Assembly (NCBI GenBank): GCA_025774605.1
Contig: JALGVR010000001.1
Span: 2,634-66,633, forward strand
Origin: a bacterium
GTDB lineage: Bacteria; Electryoneota; AABM5-125-24; Hatepunaeales; Hatepunaeaceae
DNA length: 64,000 nt
Direction: 5' to 3'
Position 1 is the first letter of the stretch; each line of letters opens with the position of its first letter. The notes below the pieces were generated by a model, which did not search any database, was not told where the DNA came from, and was given only the letters and a program-made list of their open reading frames with translations. Position numbers and translations under genes: made by a program. Shown here piece by piece: positions 29,165-38,664 of this stretch.

Positions 29165-30862
29165 ATGGCTTTAGTAAAGAAGAAGAAGAAACTCACCATA
29201 AAAAGTGTCGGCGCTTCCGGCGCTTCCGGAGTGGAACACAGCCCGCGCCGGCCCTATCAGATCGAGAAACTTGCACCGTGTATGGGCGGCTGCCCGCAGG
29301 GGACGGATATCCGCGGTTTCCTGATGAAGATCGCCCAGGCGGAGAAATACGGACAACCGCAGGAGGAAGCCTTCAGGGAGGCCTGGGAAATACTCACTGC
29401 AACCAACCCGCTTCCGGCGATCTGCGGTCGCGTCTGTCCCCACCCGTGCGAGGACGGCTGCAACCGCAAGGAGAAGGACGGCGCGCTGGCGATAAACAAC
29501 GTCGAACGTTTCCTGGGCGACTGGGGGATCAAGCAGGAACTGAAGTTGAAAAAATCGACCGACGAATCCTATCCCGAGAAGGTCGCCATCATCGGCGCCG
29601 GACCGGCCGGTCTTTCGGCCGCCTATCATCTGGCGAAGCGCGGCTACGGGGTCACGATCTTCGAGTCGTTCCCCAAGGTCGGCGGAATGCTGCGTTACGG
29701 CATTCCCCGGTACCGGCTGCCGCGCGGGATCATAGACGCGGAAGCGCAGAAGATATTCGATATGGGCGTGGAGATTAAAACCAACGTCACCGTCGGCAAA
29801 GATATACCCTACGAGAAGTTGCAGCAGGACTTTGACGCCGTATTCGTCGGTATCGGCGCCCATGGCGGCAAGAAGCTCCACGCACCCGGTGAAGATGCGC
29901 CGAACGTTTACAGCGGAGTCGAATACCTTCGCCTGGTGAACAGCGGGAAGCCACCGGAGGTTGGAGATAAGGTGGTCGTCGTCGGCGGCGGTGATACGGC
30001 GATCGACGCCGCACGGGTCGCCCTGAGGCTCGGCGCCAAGGTCACCCTGCTCTATCGCCGCACGCGCAACGAGATGCCGGCCATCGAGGAGGAGATCGTT
30101 GGCGCCGAAGAGGAGAACATCGAGTTTCACTTCCTTGCCGCCCCGATTGAGATTATCCAGAAGGATGGTTTGGCTGTCGAAATGCGCTGCCAGAACATGG
30201 AGCTCGGCGAACCGGATGAATCCGGCAGACGCCGCCCGGTGCCGATCGAGGGAGATGAATTCACCATTCCTGTCACCGCGGTCATCTCGGCGATCTCCCA
30301 GGAGCCTGACTGGGGCGGATTGGATCACCTGCACGAGGGCAGGGACTGGGTCAAGGTGGACGAATACGGTCAGACCAAATACGAAGGGACATACGCCGGC
30401 GGCGATGTCCTGGATCTGGGACTGGTGACGATTGCAATCTATCAGGGTCGCCGAGCCGCCGACACGATTCATAATCGGTTCCGCGGGATTGAACTGAAGC
30501 CGGAGGAGATGAAGAAGGTTATCAGCGCCGACAAGCTTCTGCTCGACTGGTACGAGAACGCCCAACGTCATGAGGCGACGAAGATCCCCCCCGATGAGCG
30601 GTTCAAGGATCCGTGGTCGGAGATAACAGAAACGCTGCCTGACAGCGACATTATCGCTGAAGCCAGACGCTGTATGAGCTGCGGTATATGCTTCGACTGC
30701 GGCAATTGCTGGAGCTACTGCGGCGAGAACGTGGTTGTCAAACCGCTCGTACCCGGCGATCCGTACAAGTTCAAACTCGAACTGTGCAACGGTTGCGATA
30801 AATGCGCTGAAAACTGCCCTTGCGGATACCTCGAGATGAAAGATCCAGCAAGTCTACCATAA
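29165..30862 (+). CDS. dsrL: DsrL-like NAD(P)H:acceptor oxidoreductase (GltD-like Fe-S flavoprotein with a C-terminal ferredoxin domain).
   Basis: GltD-type N-terminus (CMGGCPQG...CGRVCPHPCE). FAD and NAD Rossmann motifs (IIGAGPAGL; VVVVGGGDTA). C-terminal Cys clusters (CMSCGICFDCGNC; CNGCDKCAENCPC). Located between dsrN and dsrC. Confidence 0.7.
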   Translation: MALVKKKKKLTIKSVGASGASGVEHSPRRPYQIEKLAPCMGGCPQGTDIRGFLMKIAQAEKYGQPQEEAFREAWEILTATNPLPAICGRVCPHPCEDGCNRKEKDGALAINNVERFLGDWGIKQELKLKKSTDESYPEKVAIIGAGPAGLSAAYHLAKRGYGVTIFESFPKVGGMLRYGIPRYRLPRGIIDAEAQKIFDMGVEIKTNVTVGKDIPYEKLQQDFDAVFVGIGAHGGKKLHAPGEDAPNVYSGVEYLRLVNSGKPPEVGDKVVVVGGGDTAIDAARVALRLGAKVTLLYRRTRNEMPAIEEEIVGAEEENIEFHFLAAPIEIIQKDGLAVEMRCQNMELGEPDESGRRRPVPIEGDEFTIPVTAVISAISQEPDWGGLDHLHEGRDWVKVDEYGQTKYEGTYAGGDVLDLGLVTIAIYQGRRAADTIHNRFRGIELKPEEMKKVISADKLLLDWYENAQRHEATKIPPDERFKDPWSEITETLPDSDIIAEARRCMSCGICFDCGNCWSYCGENVVVKPLVPGDPYKFKLELCNGCDKCAENCPCGYLEMKDPASLP

Positions 30863-30890
30863 ACATATCTAACTCTTAGGAGGAGTTCAA

Positions 30891-31205
30891 ATGATCTTCG
30901 AATGGGAAGATATCAAAATCGAAGTTGATGAAGACGGTTTTATGCAGGAACCGGATCAGTGGAACGAACGCGTTGCGCTGGCTCTGGCGAGCACCGAGGG
31001 TGTTTCCGAGCTGACCGATGAGCATTGGAAGCTCGTCAACTACCTTCGTGAGTATTACCAGAAATTCGGCATTGCGCCGATGATTCGCAAGCTTTGCAAG
31101 GAAACCGGGTTTCCACTGAAAAAGGTCTACGAACTGTTTCCGTCAGGACCGGCAAAGGGCGCCTGCAAGGTCGCAGGTCTCGCCAAACCGACCGGTTGTG
31201 TCTGA
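30891..31205 (+). CDS. dsrC: DsrC (TusE/DsrC family) with the two conserved C-terminal cysteines.
   Basis: 104 aa. The C-terminus ...KGACKVAGLAKPTGCV has CysA at the penultimate position and CysB 11 residues upstream. Confidence 0.9.
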   Translation: MIFEWEDIKIEVDEDGFMQEPDQWNERVALALASTEGVSELTDEHWKLVNYLREYYQKFGIAPMIRKLCKETGFPLKKVYELFPSGPAKGACKVAGLAKPTGCV

Positions 31206-31218
31206 TCGGTTTATAAAT

Positions 31219-31260
31219 ATGCGGGATTTTCGAGGTGCTTAAGCCTTGAAAATCCCGCAT
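31219..31260 (+). terminator. 13-bp perfect-stem hairpin immediately after dsrC. Possibly a terminator or mRNA-stabilising stem-loop.
   Basis: atgcgggattttc-[16 nt loop]-gaaaatcccgcat. No T-tract follows. Confidence 0.4.
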
Positions 31261-31303
31261 GATATATGCGTCATCTCTATTCCATTTGGTTGTAATACCG
31301 AGT

Positions 31304-31831
31304 ATGCGGTTCGATGACATCCTGAAGAGGAGAGAGAAGGCCGTCAAAACCAGATGGCTGAATCTCACCCTGGATACATATCCCGCCGATTCGTCCGGAT
31401 TCCTGAAAAATCAGAAGAATCAGTTCCTTAATCCTGTTGGAAACACTATTTCCCGGGAGATCGGTGTATTATACCGGTCGTTTCTGACCGAGACTGATCC
31501 TGAAACCATCGCCAATTCCCTTGACAGCATCATCAGGATCAGGTCCGTGCAGGAGTTCTCACCCTCTCAGGCGACCGGTTTCATCCTTCTCCTTAAACGC
31601 GCGGTCAGGGAGGAGCTTGCCGATGAGATACGATCCGCAGACTGTTTCGATGAACTGCAGCGTTTCGAGTTGAAGGTTGACGAGATGGCGCTGGCGGGGT
31701 TTGACGCATACGCGAGGTGCCGGGAGAGGCTGTTCGAGGTGAAGCTGAATGAGCTTAGACGCCAGACGAGCATCTCCCTGGCGCGATACAATCGTACCGG
31801 TCAACAGTCGGAGCAGTTAAATGATTCCTGA
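31304..31831 (+). CDS. dsrT: Candidate DsrT (RsbRD_N-like small protein upstream of dsrMKJOP).
   Basis: The N-terminal pattern W.NL.LDTYPADSSGFL...F.NPVGNT matches my recollection of the DsrT/RsbRD_N family. Position immediately before dsrM. The start was moved to MRFDD. Confidence 0.45.
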   Translation: MRFDDILKRREKAVKTRWLNLTLDTYPADSSGFLKNQKNQFLNPVGNTISREIGVLYRSFLTETDPETIANSLDSIIRIRSVQEFSPSQATGFILLLKRAVREELADEIRSADCFDELQRFELKVDEMALAGFDAYARCRERLFEVKLNELRRQTSISLARYNRTGQQSEQLNDS

Positions 31832-31876
31832 ATCAGCGGGCATCCATAACATTGAAAGGCGGGGAGGTGTCGTCAC

Positions 31877-32869
31877 ATGAACGCCCTGTTTTCCCTGGTT
31901 GCAGTCGTCGTCCTGATGTTGCTGGCGCTGTTCGGAACATATGGCGCCGGTCTGCAGTACCTTTTCGGTGTTATTATTCCCTACATTGCCATCGTTACCT
32001 TCCTGGTCGGATTTGTCCTGCGCGTTGTCAGGTGGGCGCGGTCACCGGTTCCTTTTCGGATTCCGACCACGTGCGGGCAGCAGAAGTCCCTGCCTTGGAT
32101 AAAACACCATGAGCTCGAAAATCCGAGTAACGGCTTCAGTGCATTTCTGCGCATGGCGCTGGAGATACTGTTTTTCCGCTCCCTGTTCCGCAACACGAAA
32201 GCCGATCTCAAGAGCGGGCCCAAGCTGGTTTACGGCTCCAACAAGTGGCTCTGGCTGGGTGGTCTGGTCTTTCATTGGTCTTTGCTGGTTGTATTCATCA
32301 GGCATTTCAGATTTTTTACCGAGCCGGTCCCGTTCGGCATCAACCTGCTCGAAGAACTGGATTCATTCTTCCAGGTGGGACTGCCGATAATCTACATCAC
32401 CGATATTCTGCTGCTGGGTGCGCTGACCTACCTGGTGGGACGCAGGCTGCTTGACGCCAGGCTCCGATACATCTCGCTCAACGCGGATTACTTTCCCCTG
32501 TTCCTGATCCTGGGCATCGGTTGCACCGGCGCCTGGATGCGGTACTTCGCCAAGGTCGACATCGTCGGAGTCAAACAGCTCAGCCTGGGGCTGTTCAACC
32601 TTCATCCGGTGGTTCCGGAGGGGATAGGCGCCTTCTTCTACATCCACCTGTTTCTGGTGAGCGTTCTGATCGCCTATTTCCCGTTCAGCAAGCTGATGCA
32701 CATGGGAGGGATATTCCTCAGCCCGACCCGCAACCTGGCTAACAACAACCGCGTGAAACGACATGTCAATCCCTGGAATCCCGTGGTAAAGATACACACC
32801 TACGAGGAATACGAGGATGAGTTCAGGGAGGTCATGAAGGAAGCGGGCATGCCGTTGGAAAAGGAGTAA
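31877..32869 (+). CDS. dsrM: DsrM (NarI/HdrE-like membrane cytochrome b).
   Basis: 330 aa, 5-6 TM helices with conserved His. Precedes dsrK. Confidence 0.85.
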   Translation: MNALFSLVAVVVLMLLALFGTYGAGLQYLFGVIIPYIAIVTFLVGFVLRVVRWARSPVPFRIPTTCGQQKSLPWIKHHELENPSNGFSAFLRMALEILFFRSLFRNTKADLKSGPKLVYGSNKWLWLGGLVFHWSLLVVFIRHFRFFTEPVPFGINLLEELDSFFQVGLPIIYITDILLLGALTYLVGRRLLDARLRYISLNADYFPLFLILGIGCTGAWMRYFAKVDIVGVKQLSLGLFNLHPVVPEGIGAFFYIHLFLVSVLIAYFPFSKLMHMGGIFLSPTRNLANNNRVKRHVNPWNPVVKIHTYEEYEDEFREVMKEAGMPLEKE

Positions 32870-32871
32870 CG

Positions 32872-34488
32872 ATGTCTGAAACACCAACACCGGAAGAACT
32901 GGTCAAAGTGGACTACAAACCGCCTCGCAAGGCTTGGATGGACAGCAAGCCGGAGATGCGCCGGGGTGTTATCAACTGGTCGGCAGTGCCCAAGAACGTG
33001 GAATATCTGGATCTTCCCTTTCCCCGCAAATGGCAGCCGACCGATGATGACTGGAAGCTTCCGGAGAACTGGAAGGAGATTATCCTCGAAGGGATGAGGG
33101 ATCGACTCAAGCGGTTCCGCACCTTCCAGATCTTCATGGATATCTGTGTCCGATGCGGCGCCTGTGCCGATAAATGCCACTTCTTCATCGGCTCCGGCGA
33201 TCCGAAGAACATGCCGGTCCTCCGGGCTGAACTGCTGAGGGCCGTGTACAGGAGGGAGTTCAATCTTGCCGGTAAGCTGATGGGCAGGATGGCGGGGGCG
33301 CGGGAATTGACGGTTCCGGTGCTCAAGGAATGGTTTTACTACTTCTTCCAGTGCACCGAATGCCGCCGCTGTTCGGTCTTCTGTCCCTACGGCATCGACA
33401 CCGCCGAGATCACCATGATGGCGAGGGAGCTAATGAACCTCATCGGTGTCAGCATCGACTGGATAGTAACCCCCGCCGCCAACTGCTTCCGCACCGGAAA
33501 TCACCTCGGTATCCAGCCGCACGGCTTCCAGGACAGCGTCAATTTTGCGATAGACGACCTCGAGGACATCACCGGCATCAGGGTTGACGCGCCGGTCAAC
33601 CGGAAGGGCGCGGAGATTCTGTTCGTCGTGCCCTCGGCGGACTACTTCGCCGACCCCCACTACTACGGCTTTCTCGGTTATATGGCGCTGTTTCATGAGA
33701 TCGGTCTTGACTACACGTTCAGCTCGTTCGCCTCGGAGGGCGGCAACTTCGGCCTGTTTCACTCCAACGAGATGATGAAACGGTTGAACTCCAAGATCTA
33801 CATGGAAGCCAAACGACTGGGCGTCAGGTGGATACTCGGCGGCGAGTGCGGTCACATGTGGCGCGTGCTGAACCAGTACATGGACACGATGAACGGCCCC
33901 GCCGACTTCCTCGAGGTGCCGAAATCGCCGCTGACCGGCACGGTGTTCGAGAATGCGAAATCCACCAGGATGGTGCATATCTGCGAGTTCACCGCCGACC
34001 TGATCAAACACGACAAGTTGAAGCTGGACAAGAGCCGCAATGATCGCTGGCGGGTGACATTCCACGATTCGTGCAACCCGGCGCGGGCGATGGGCATACT
34101 GGAGGAGCCGCGTTACATCATCAATAACGTCTGCAACAACTTCTTTGAGATGCCTGAGGGCACGACGCGCGAGCAGACCTTCTGCTGTGGCGCCGGTGCC
34201 GGGCTGGGCACCGAGGAGAACATGGAGATGAGGATGCGCGGCGGTCTGCCGCGAGCCAACGCGGTCAAATACGTACACGACAAGTACGACGTAAACCTGC
34301 TGACCTGCATGTGCGCCATCGACAAGGCGGTGCTGCCGGCGCTGATGGATTACTGGGTGCCCGGTGTACAGATCGGCAGTGTTCACGAACTGGTCGGGAA
34401 TGCACTGATTATGAAAGGGGAAAAGAAGAGATCGAATGACCTGCGCGGCGAACCGATACCGGGAAAGGAGGCGGCTGAAGATGTTTGA
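32872..34488 (+). CDS. dsrK: DsrK (HdrD-like catalytic Fe-S subunit with CCG domain).
   Basis: CVRCGACADKC and CTECRRCSVFCP ferredoxin motifs. CCG-type Cys (CCGAGAG; C..CNPARAMG). Confidence 0.9.
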   Translation: MSETPTPEELVKVDYKPPRKAWMDSKPEMRRGVINWSAVPKNVEYLDLPFPRKWQPTDDDWKLPENWKEIILEGMRDRLKRFRTFQIFMDICVRCGACADKCHFFIGSGDPKNMPVLRAELLRAVYRREFNLAGKLMGRMAGARELTVPVLKEWFYYFFQCTECRRCSVFCPYGIDTAEITMMARELMNLIGVSIDWIVTPAANCFRTGNHLGIQPHGFQDSVNFAIDDLEDITGIRVDAPVNRKGAEILFVVPSADYFADPHYYGFLGYMALFHEIGLDYTFSSFASEGGNFGLFHSNEMMKRLNSKIYMEAKRLGVRWILGGECGHMWRVLNQYMDTMNGPADFLEVPKSPLTGTVFENAKSTRMVHICEFTADLIKHDKLKLDKSRNDRWRVTFHDSCNPARAMGILEEPRYIINNVCNNFFEMPEGTTREQTFCCGAGAGLGTEENMEMRMRGGLPRANAVKYVHDKYDVNLLTCMCAIDKAVLPALMDYWVPGVQIGSVHELVGNALIMKGEKKRSNDLRGEPIPGKEAAEDV

Positions 34489-34876
34489 CGGCTGGAAGAT
34501 CATCGTCGGGCTGATCATATTCATCACTCTGGCGACTGTTCCTTTCTGGTATGATGCGGCTGCGGGGAAGGGGACGGATGCGCCGGACATCCGGATTGAG
34601 ACGAAGGACGTTCCGGGCAGGGATCAGTGTGTGATGCCGGCGGAATACATGAGGTCTGATCACATGGAGCTGCTGAACGAGTGGCGCGACCAGGTGGTCA
34701 GGGGCAACCAGAGGGTTCATGTAACAGCTGATGGCCGAAAATACAGCCGCAGCCTTACCAATACCTGCCTGGATTGCCATTCCAACAAGGATACGTTCTG
34801 TGACAGGTGTCACGATTACATGTCAGTCAAGCCGTATTGCTGGGAATGCCATCTCGAACCGGAGGTGATGAAATAA
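34481..34876 (+). CDS. dsrJ: DsrJ (periplasmic triheme cytochrome c). The start was moved to MFDGWKII, which has an SD aggagg.
   Basis: Three CxxCH motifs (CLDCH, CDRCH, CWECH). An N-terminal TM/signal anchor. Confidence 0.8.
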   Translation: MFDGWKIIVGLIIFITLATVPFWYDAAAGKGTDAPDIRIETKDVPGRDQCVMPAEYMRSDHMELLNEWRDQVVRGNQRVHVTADGRKYSRSLTNTCLDCHSNKDTFCDRCHDYMSVKPYCWECHLEPEVMK

Positions 34877-35643
34877 TGGGTCTCGACAGAAGAAATTTCA
34901 TAAAGATCGCCGGCTTGTCAACCCTGGGACTGGCAGGGAAACCCGCCGTTGATGCCATTGCCCGCATCAGGCTGCCGGAGGAGGCCCCCCTGACGGCGAA
35001 ACGTTGGGCGATGGTCATCGATTTGAGGAAGTGCAGGGAAAATCCGGACTGCAACGAAGCCTGTATTCATGCCTGTCACAAGGTTCACAACGTCCCGGAT
35101 TTCAAGAACCCGAAGGATGAGATCAAGTGGATATGGGAGGAGCGGTTCGAGCACGCCTTCCATGACCAGTCACAGGAGTATGCTGACGAGAGCCACAGGG
35201 AGTTGCCGGCGCTGGTACTCTGCAATCACTGCGACGATCCGCCCTGCGTCAGGGTATGCCCGACCGAGGCGACCTGGAAGCGTGATGAGGACGGCGTTGT
35301 GATGATGGACTGGCACCGCTGCATCGGCTGTCGTTACTGTCTGGCGGCTTGTCCTTACGGCGCGCGCAGCTTCAACTGGCGCGATCCCAGACCCTTCATC
35401 GAGGAGATTGAACCCGATTTCCCCACCCGCATGAGGGGTGTGGTTGAGAAATGCACGTTCTGCGAAGAGCGTCTGGCGAGGGGTGAAATGCCCGCCTGCG
35501 TGGAAGCCTGCGACGCCGGGGCCTTGACGTTCGGCGACCTCGAAGATCCCGAATCCAGGGTCAGGGAACTGCTTCGGACACACTTCACCATCCGTCGCAA
35601 GCCCGGCCTGGGTACGCAACCGTCTGTTTACTACATAATATGA
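34876..35643 (+). CDS. dsrO: DsrO (periplasmic Fe-S ferredoxin-like subunit with Tat signal).
   Basis: Twin-arginine motif (RRNFIKIAGL). Four Cys clusters of HybA/DmsB-type. Its ATG overlaps the dsrJ stop. Confidence 0.85.
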   Translation: MGLDRRNFIKIAGLSTLGLAGKPAVDAIARIRLPEEAPLTAKRWAMVIDLRKCRENPDCNEACIHACHKVHNVPDFKNPKDEIKWIWEERFEHAFHDQSQEYADESHRELPALVLCNHCDDPPCVRVCPTEATWKRDEDGVVMMDWHRCIGCRYCLAACPYGARSFNWRDPRPFIEEIEPDFPTRMRGVVEKCTFCEERLARGEMPACVEACDAGALTFGDLEDPESRVRELLRTHFTIRRKPGLGTQPSVYYII

Positions 35644-35650
35644 GGGAGGC

Positions 35651-36805
35651 ATGTTAGAGAAAGCGTTAAGCGGCAGCAGGGGATACTGGATATGGCTCGC
35701 CGTCCTGGTCGGCATTATCTTCATCGGCTTCCTCTTCTGGCTCAAGCAGTTCCACCAGGGGTTGATGATCACCGGGCTGAGCCGCGATGTCAGTTGGGGG
35801 TTCTACATCGCCCAGTTTACCTTTCTGGTCGGCGTGGCCGCTTCGGCCGTGATGGTTGTGCTTCCTTACTATCTTCACAATTACAGGGCATTCGGCAAGG
35901 TAGTCATACTGGGTGAGTTTCTGGCCATCCCGTCCGTGATCATGTGCATGACGTTCATCTTCGTTGACATGGGGCAGCCGTTCAGGATCCTCAATGTATT
36001 CATTCACCCGACGCCGCACTCGATGATGTTCTGGGATACGGTTGCTCTGGGTGGTTATCTGCTGCTTAACCTGTTGATAGGCTGGACGACGCTGGGCGCC
36101 GAACGCAAGTCGATCCCGCCGCCCAAATGGATAAAGCCATTCATCATTATTTCCATCCCCTGGGCGGTCAGCATCCACACGGTGACGGCTTTTCTGTACG
36201 CGGGGCTCGCCGCGCGTCCCTTCTGGATGACCGCTGTCCTGGCGCCGCGCTTCCTGGCATCGGCGTTCTCGTCCGGCCCCGCGCTGCTGATCCTCCTCAT
36301 TCTTCTGCTCAGAAAGCTGACGGATTTCGACGCCGGCAGGGAACCGGTGCAGAAGCTGGCGGTGATAGCCGCGTACGCCATGAGCGTAAACGTGTTCCTG
36401 ATCCTGATGGAGGTGTTTACCGCACTTTACAGCGGCATACCGGAGCATTCGATACATCTTAAGTATATGTTCGTCGGAATCGAGGGAAATATGGCATTGG
36501 TGCCGTGGATGTGGTTGTCGTCGATCCTGGCGGTTTTCACTCTTCTCCTGATCATTCCCCCGAAAACCAGGCGCAACGAAGCCGTACTTGCCGTTGCCTG
36601 CGTCACGCTGTTTCTCTCTATCTGGATCGACAAGGGCATGGGAATGATCGTCGCCGGATATGTCCCCAACCCGTTGGGCGAGGTTACCCAATATTTCCCG
36701 ACCGTGCCCGAGCTGCTCATCTCGCTGATGGTCTATGCTGTCGGGGCGCTTATCATTACGGTTCTGTACAAGGTTGCGTTGTCTGTCAGGGCGAGCGTTG
36801 CGTAG
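35651..36805 (+). CDS. dsrP: DsrP (NrfD/PsrC-family integral membrane quinone-interacting subunit).
   Basis: 384 aa, about 10 TM. NrfD-like. Completes the dsrMKJOP module. Confidence 0.85.
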   Translation: MLEKALSGSRGYWIWLAVLVGIIFIGFLFWLKQFHQGLMITGLSRDVSWGFYIAQFTFLVGVAASAVMVVLPYYLHNYRAFGKVVILGEFLAIPSVIMCMTFIFVDMGQPFRILNVFIHPTPHSMMFWDTVALGGYLLLNLLIGWTTLGAERKSIPPPKWIKPFIIISIPWAVSIHTVTAFLYAGLAARPFWMTAVLAPRFLASAFSSGPALLILLILLLRKLTDFDAGREPVQKLAVIAAYAMSVNVFLILMEVFTALYSGIPEHSIHLKYMFVGIEGNMALVPWMWLSSILAVFTLLLIIPPKTRRNEAVLAVACVTLFLSIWIDKGMGMIVAGYVPNPLGEVTQYFPTVPELLISLMVYAVGALIITVLYKVALSVRASVA

Positions 36806-36950
36806 ATCGAACCACATGATGAAGAACCGGGTTTGGGCGGCTGCAGGAATGAGGCGGTGTAGCGCGGAAGGCGGATATGGCGCGTTATCCGGCGTTATCC
36901 GGAATCTCATTAAGCCCCATATTGAAACTTGGAAAGGCGGAGTGTTATAA

Positions 36951-38633
36951 GTGGAGGTGGTTGTCATAGGCGGATCCGCCGCCGGACTTAAGGCGGCCTG
37001 CCGTATCAGCAGACTGCAGCCGGACGCAGGGGTCAGAGTCCTCGTCAAGGACAGGCGCTTCGCGTATTCCAACTGTGGACTGCCCTATTACCTGTCCGGC
37101 GACATCGAGAGCTTTGACGCGCTCATCACCGCTCCCAACGGCACGATCAAGGATGAGAGATACTTTCGTGATGTGAAGAATGTCGAAGTTTTCACCGGGC
37201 GTGAGGTTGTCAAGATTGACCGCGACGCCAGGTTGATCCGCTGCCATGATTCCGAAAGGAATCGGGAGGAGACGTATCCATTCGACAGGCTGGTGCTCTC
37301 AACGGGATCAAGCCCGATTATACCGGCGATCCCGGGTGTGAATGCGCCTGGTGTGCTCACCTTCACCAAGGCCGATGACGCGATCGCGCTGAGAACTGAT
37401 CTTGAAGCCAATCGCATAAGCAGGATCACCATAATCGGGGCGGGATTCATCGGGCTTGAACTCTGCGAGGCGTTCAGGGCGATGTGGGGGGTTGACGTTG
37501 ACCTCGTTGAGCTGCAGAATCAGGTTCTCTCCGGCCTGGTCGATACGGAACTCTCCGAAATCATTGAGGACGAAATACGCAGCCATGGCGTTAATATCCG
37601 GCTTGGGTGCGGTTGTCATGAGATTGTCAGGGAAGGTGAGAGGTTCTGTATCTTCGATCATGCCGGCGAGATGTTCGAATCGGACCGGATAATCATTGCC
37701 GCCGGTGTTCGTCCGAATGTCGAGCTGGCGAGGGAGGCCGGCCTGGAGATCGGGGTGACGGGGGGAATTAAGGTCAACAGTCACCTGCGGACATCGGATC
37801 CTGATATTTATGCGGCGGGTGATTGCGTCGAACTGCCCGACGCGGTGGATGGACGGGCCGGGTCATGGACGCTCGGATCGCTGGCGTCGCGCATGGGACG
37901 CGTGGTCGGCGACAACATCTGCAACGGCGACTCCCGTTTCGGCCCGGTGGTCGGTACGACCGTGCTTAAGATATTCGACATCACCATCGGTTCGGCGGGG
38001 CTTACCAGAGCGGACTGTAAGGATCGGGGTTACGAGATAAATGAGTGCTGGGGAACCTTTCACGATCGCCTGCATTATTTTCCTGAAGCCGGACCCACCA
38101 GAGCCAAGATAATATATGATCCGACCGATGGCAGGATTCTCGGCTTCCAGGCGGTCTCGCACGGCAATATCGTGCACACCCTGAATATTGCGTCGCAGAT
38201 CATGCGCAACAGCGGGACGCTGGATGACCTGAACGATATAGAGCATGCATATTCTCCGCCGTTTGCACAGCAGTTCGAGACCCTTCACTACCTTGCATTT
38301 ATTGCGGAGAACAGCCGCGTCGCCGGTGTGAAGCTTGTATCGCCGGCCGAGTTCACCAGCCTGCCCGATGAGACGCTGATTCTCGACGTACGGACAAAGG
38401 CTGAGATCGAAGGACGGCCACTCAATGGTGGAACGCGGCGTGTAATCGAGATACCGGTCGAAGAGCTGAGGGCGCGTTTGAACGAAATACCCAGTGCCGG
38501 CAAGGTTGTAACTGTCTGTCAAATGGGGGGACGCGGCTGGGACGCGGCGCTGATGCTGAGACGCGCCGGATTCACGGACGTCGGGATTCTCGCCGGAGGG
38601 GCTCTATTTTTGCCAACCGGTACTGCAGCTTGA
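36951..38633 (+). CDS. CoA-disulfide reductase / NADH oxidase-family flavoprotein fused to a C-terminal rhodanese domain (NADH-dependent persulfide/polysulfide reductase-like). GTG start.
   Basis: Single redox Cys in the SNCGLPYY motif (Cdr/Nox family). FAD/NAD Rossmann folds. A C-terminal rhodanese with active Cys in VCQMGGRG. Confidence 0.7.
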   Translation: MEVVVIGGSAAGLKAACRISRLQPDAGVRVLVKDRRFAYSNCGLPYYLSGDIESFDALITAPNGTIKDERYFRDVKNVEVFTGREVVKIDRDARLIRCHDSERNREETYPFDRLVLSTGSSPIIPAIPGVNAPGVLTFTKADDAIALRTDLEANRISRITIIGAGFIGLELCEAFRAMWGVDVDLVELQNQVLSGLVDTELSEIIEDEIRSHGVNIRLGCGCHEIVREGERFCIFDHAGEMFESDRIIIAAGVRPNVELAREAGLEIGVTGGIKVNSHLRTSDPDIYAAGDCVELPDAVDGRAGSWTLGSLASRMGRVVGDNICNGDSRFGPVVGTTVLKIFDITIGSAGLTRADCKDRGYEINECWGTFHDRLHYFPEAGPTRAKIIYDPTDGRILGFQAVSHGNIVHTLNIASQIMRNSGTLDDLNDIEHAYSPPFAQQFETLHYLAFIAENSRVAGVKLVSPAEFTSLPDETLILDVRTKAEIEGRPLNGGTRRVIEIPVEELRARLNEIPSAGKVVTVCQMGGRGWDAALMLRRAGFTDVGILAGGALFLPTGTAA

Positions 38634-38664
38634 GATGAATATAAAATGAATATGGAACAGCGCT

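Noticed and set aside
31259-31303. Upstream start of the dsrT candidate (MIYASSLFHLVVIPS).
   Set aside because: It overlaps the dsrC hairpin and has no SD. The internal ATG at 31304 fits the RsbRD_N-like N-terminus.
34807-34875. Extended N-terminus of dsrO (MSRLHVSQ...).
   Set aside because: The Tat motif RRNFIK follows the ATG at 34876, which overlaps the dsrJ stop. The upstream extension lies inside dsrJ.
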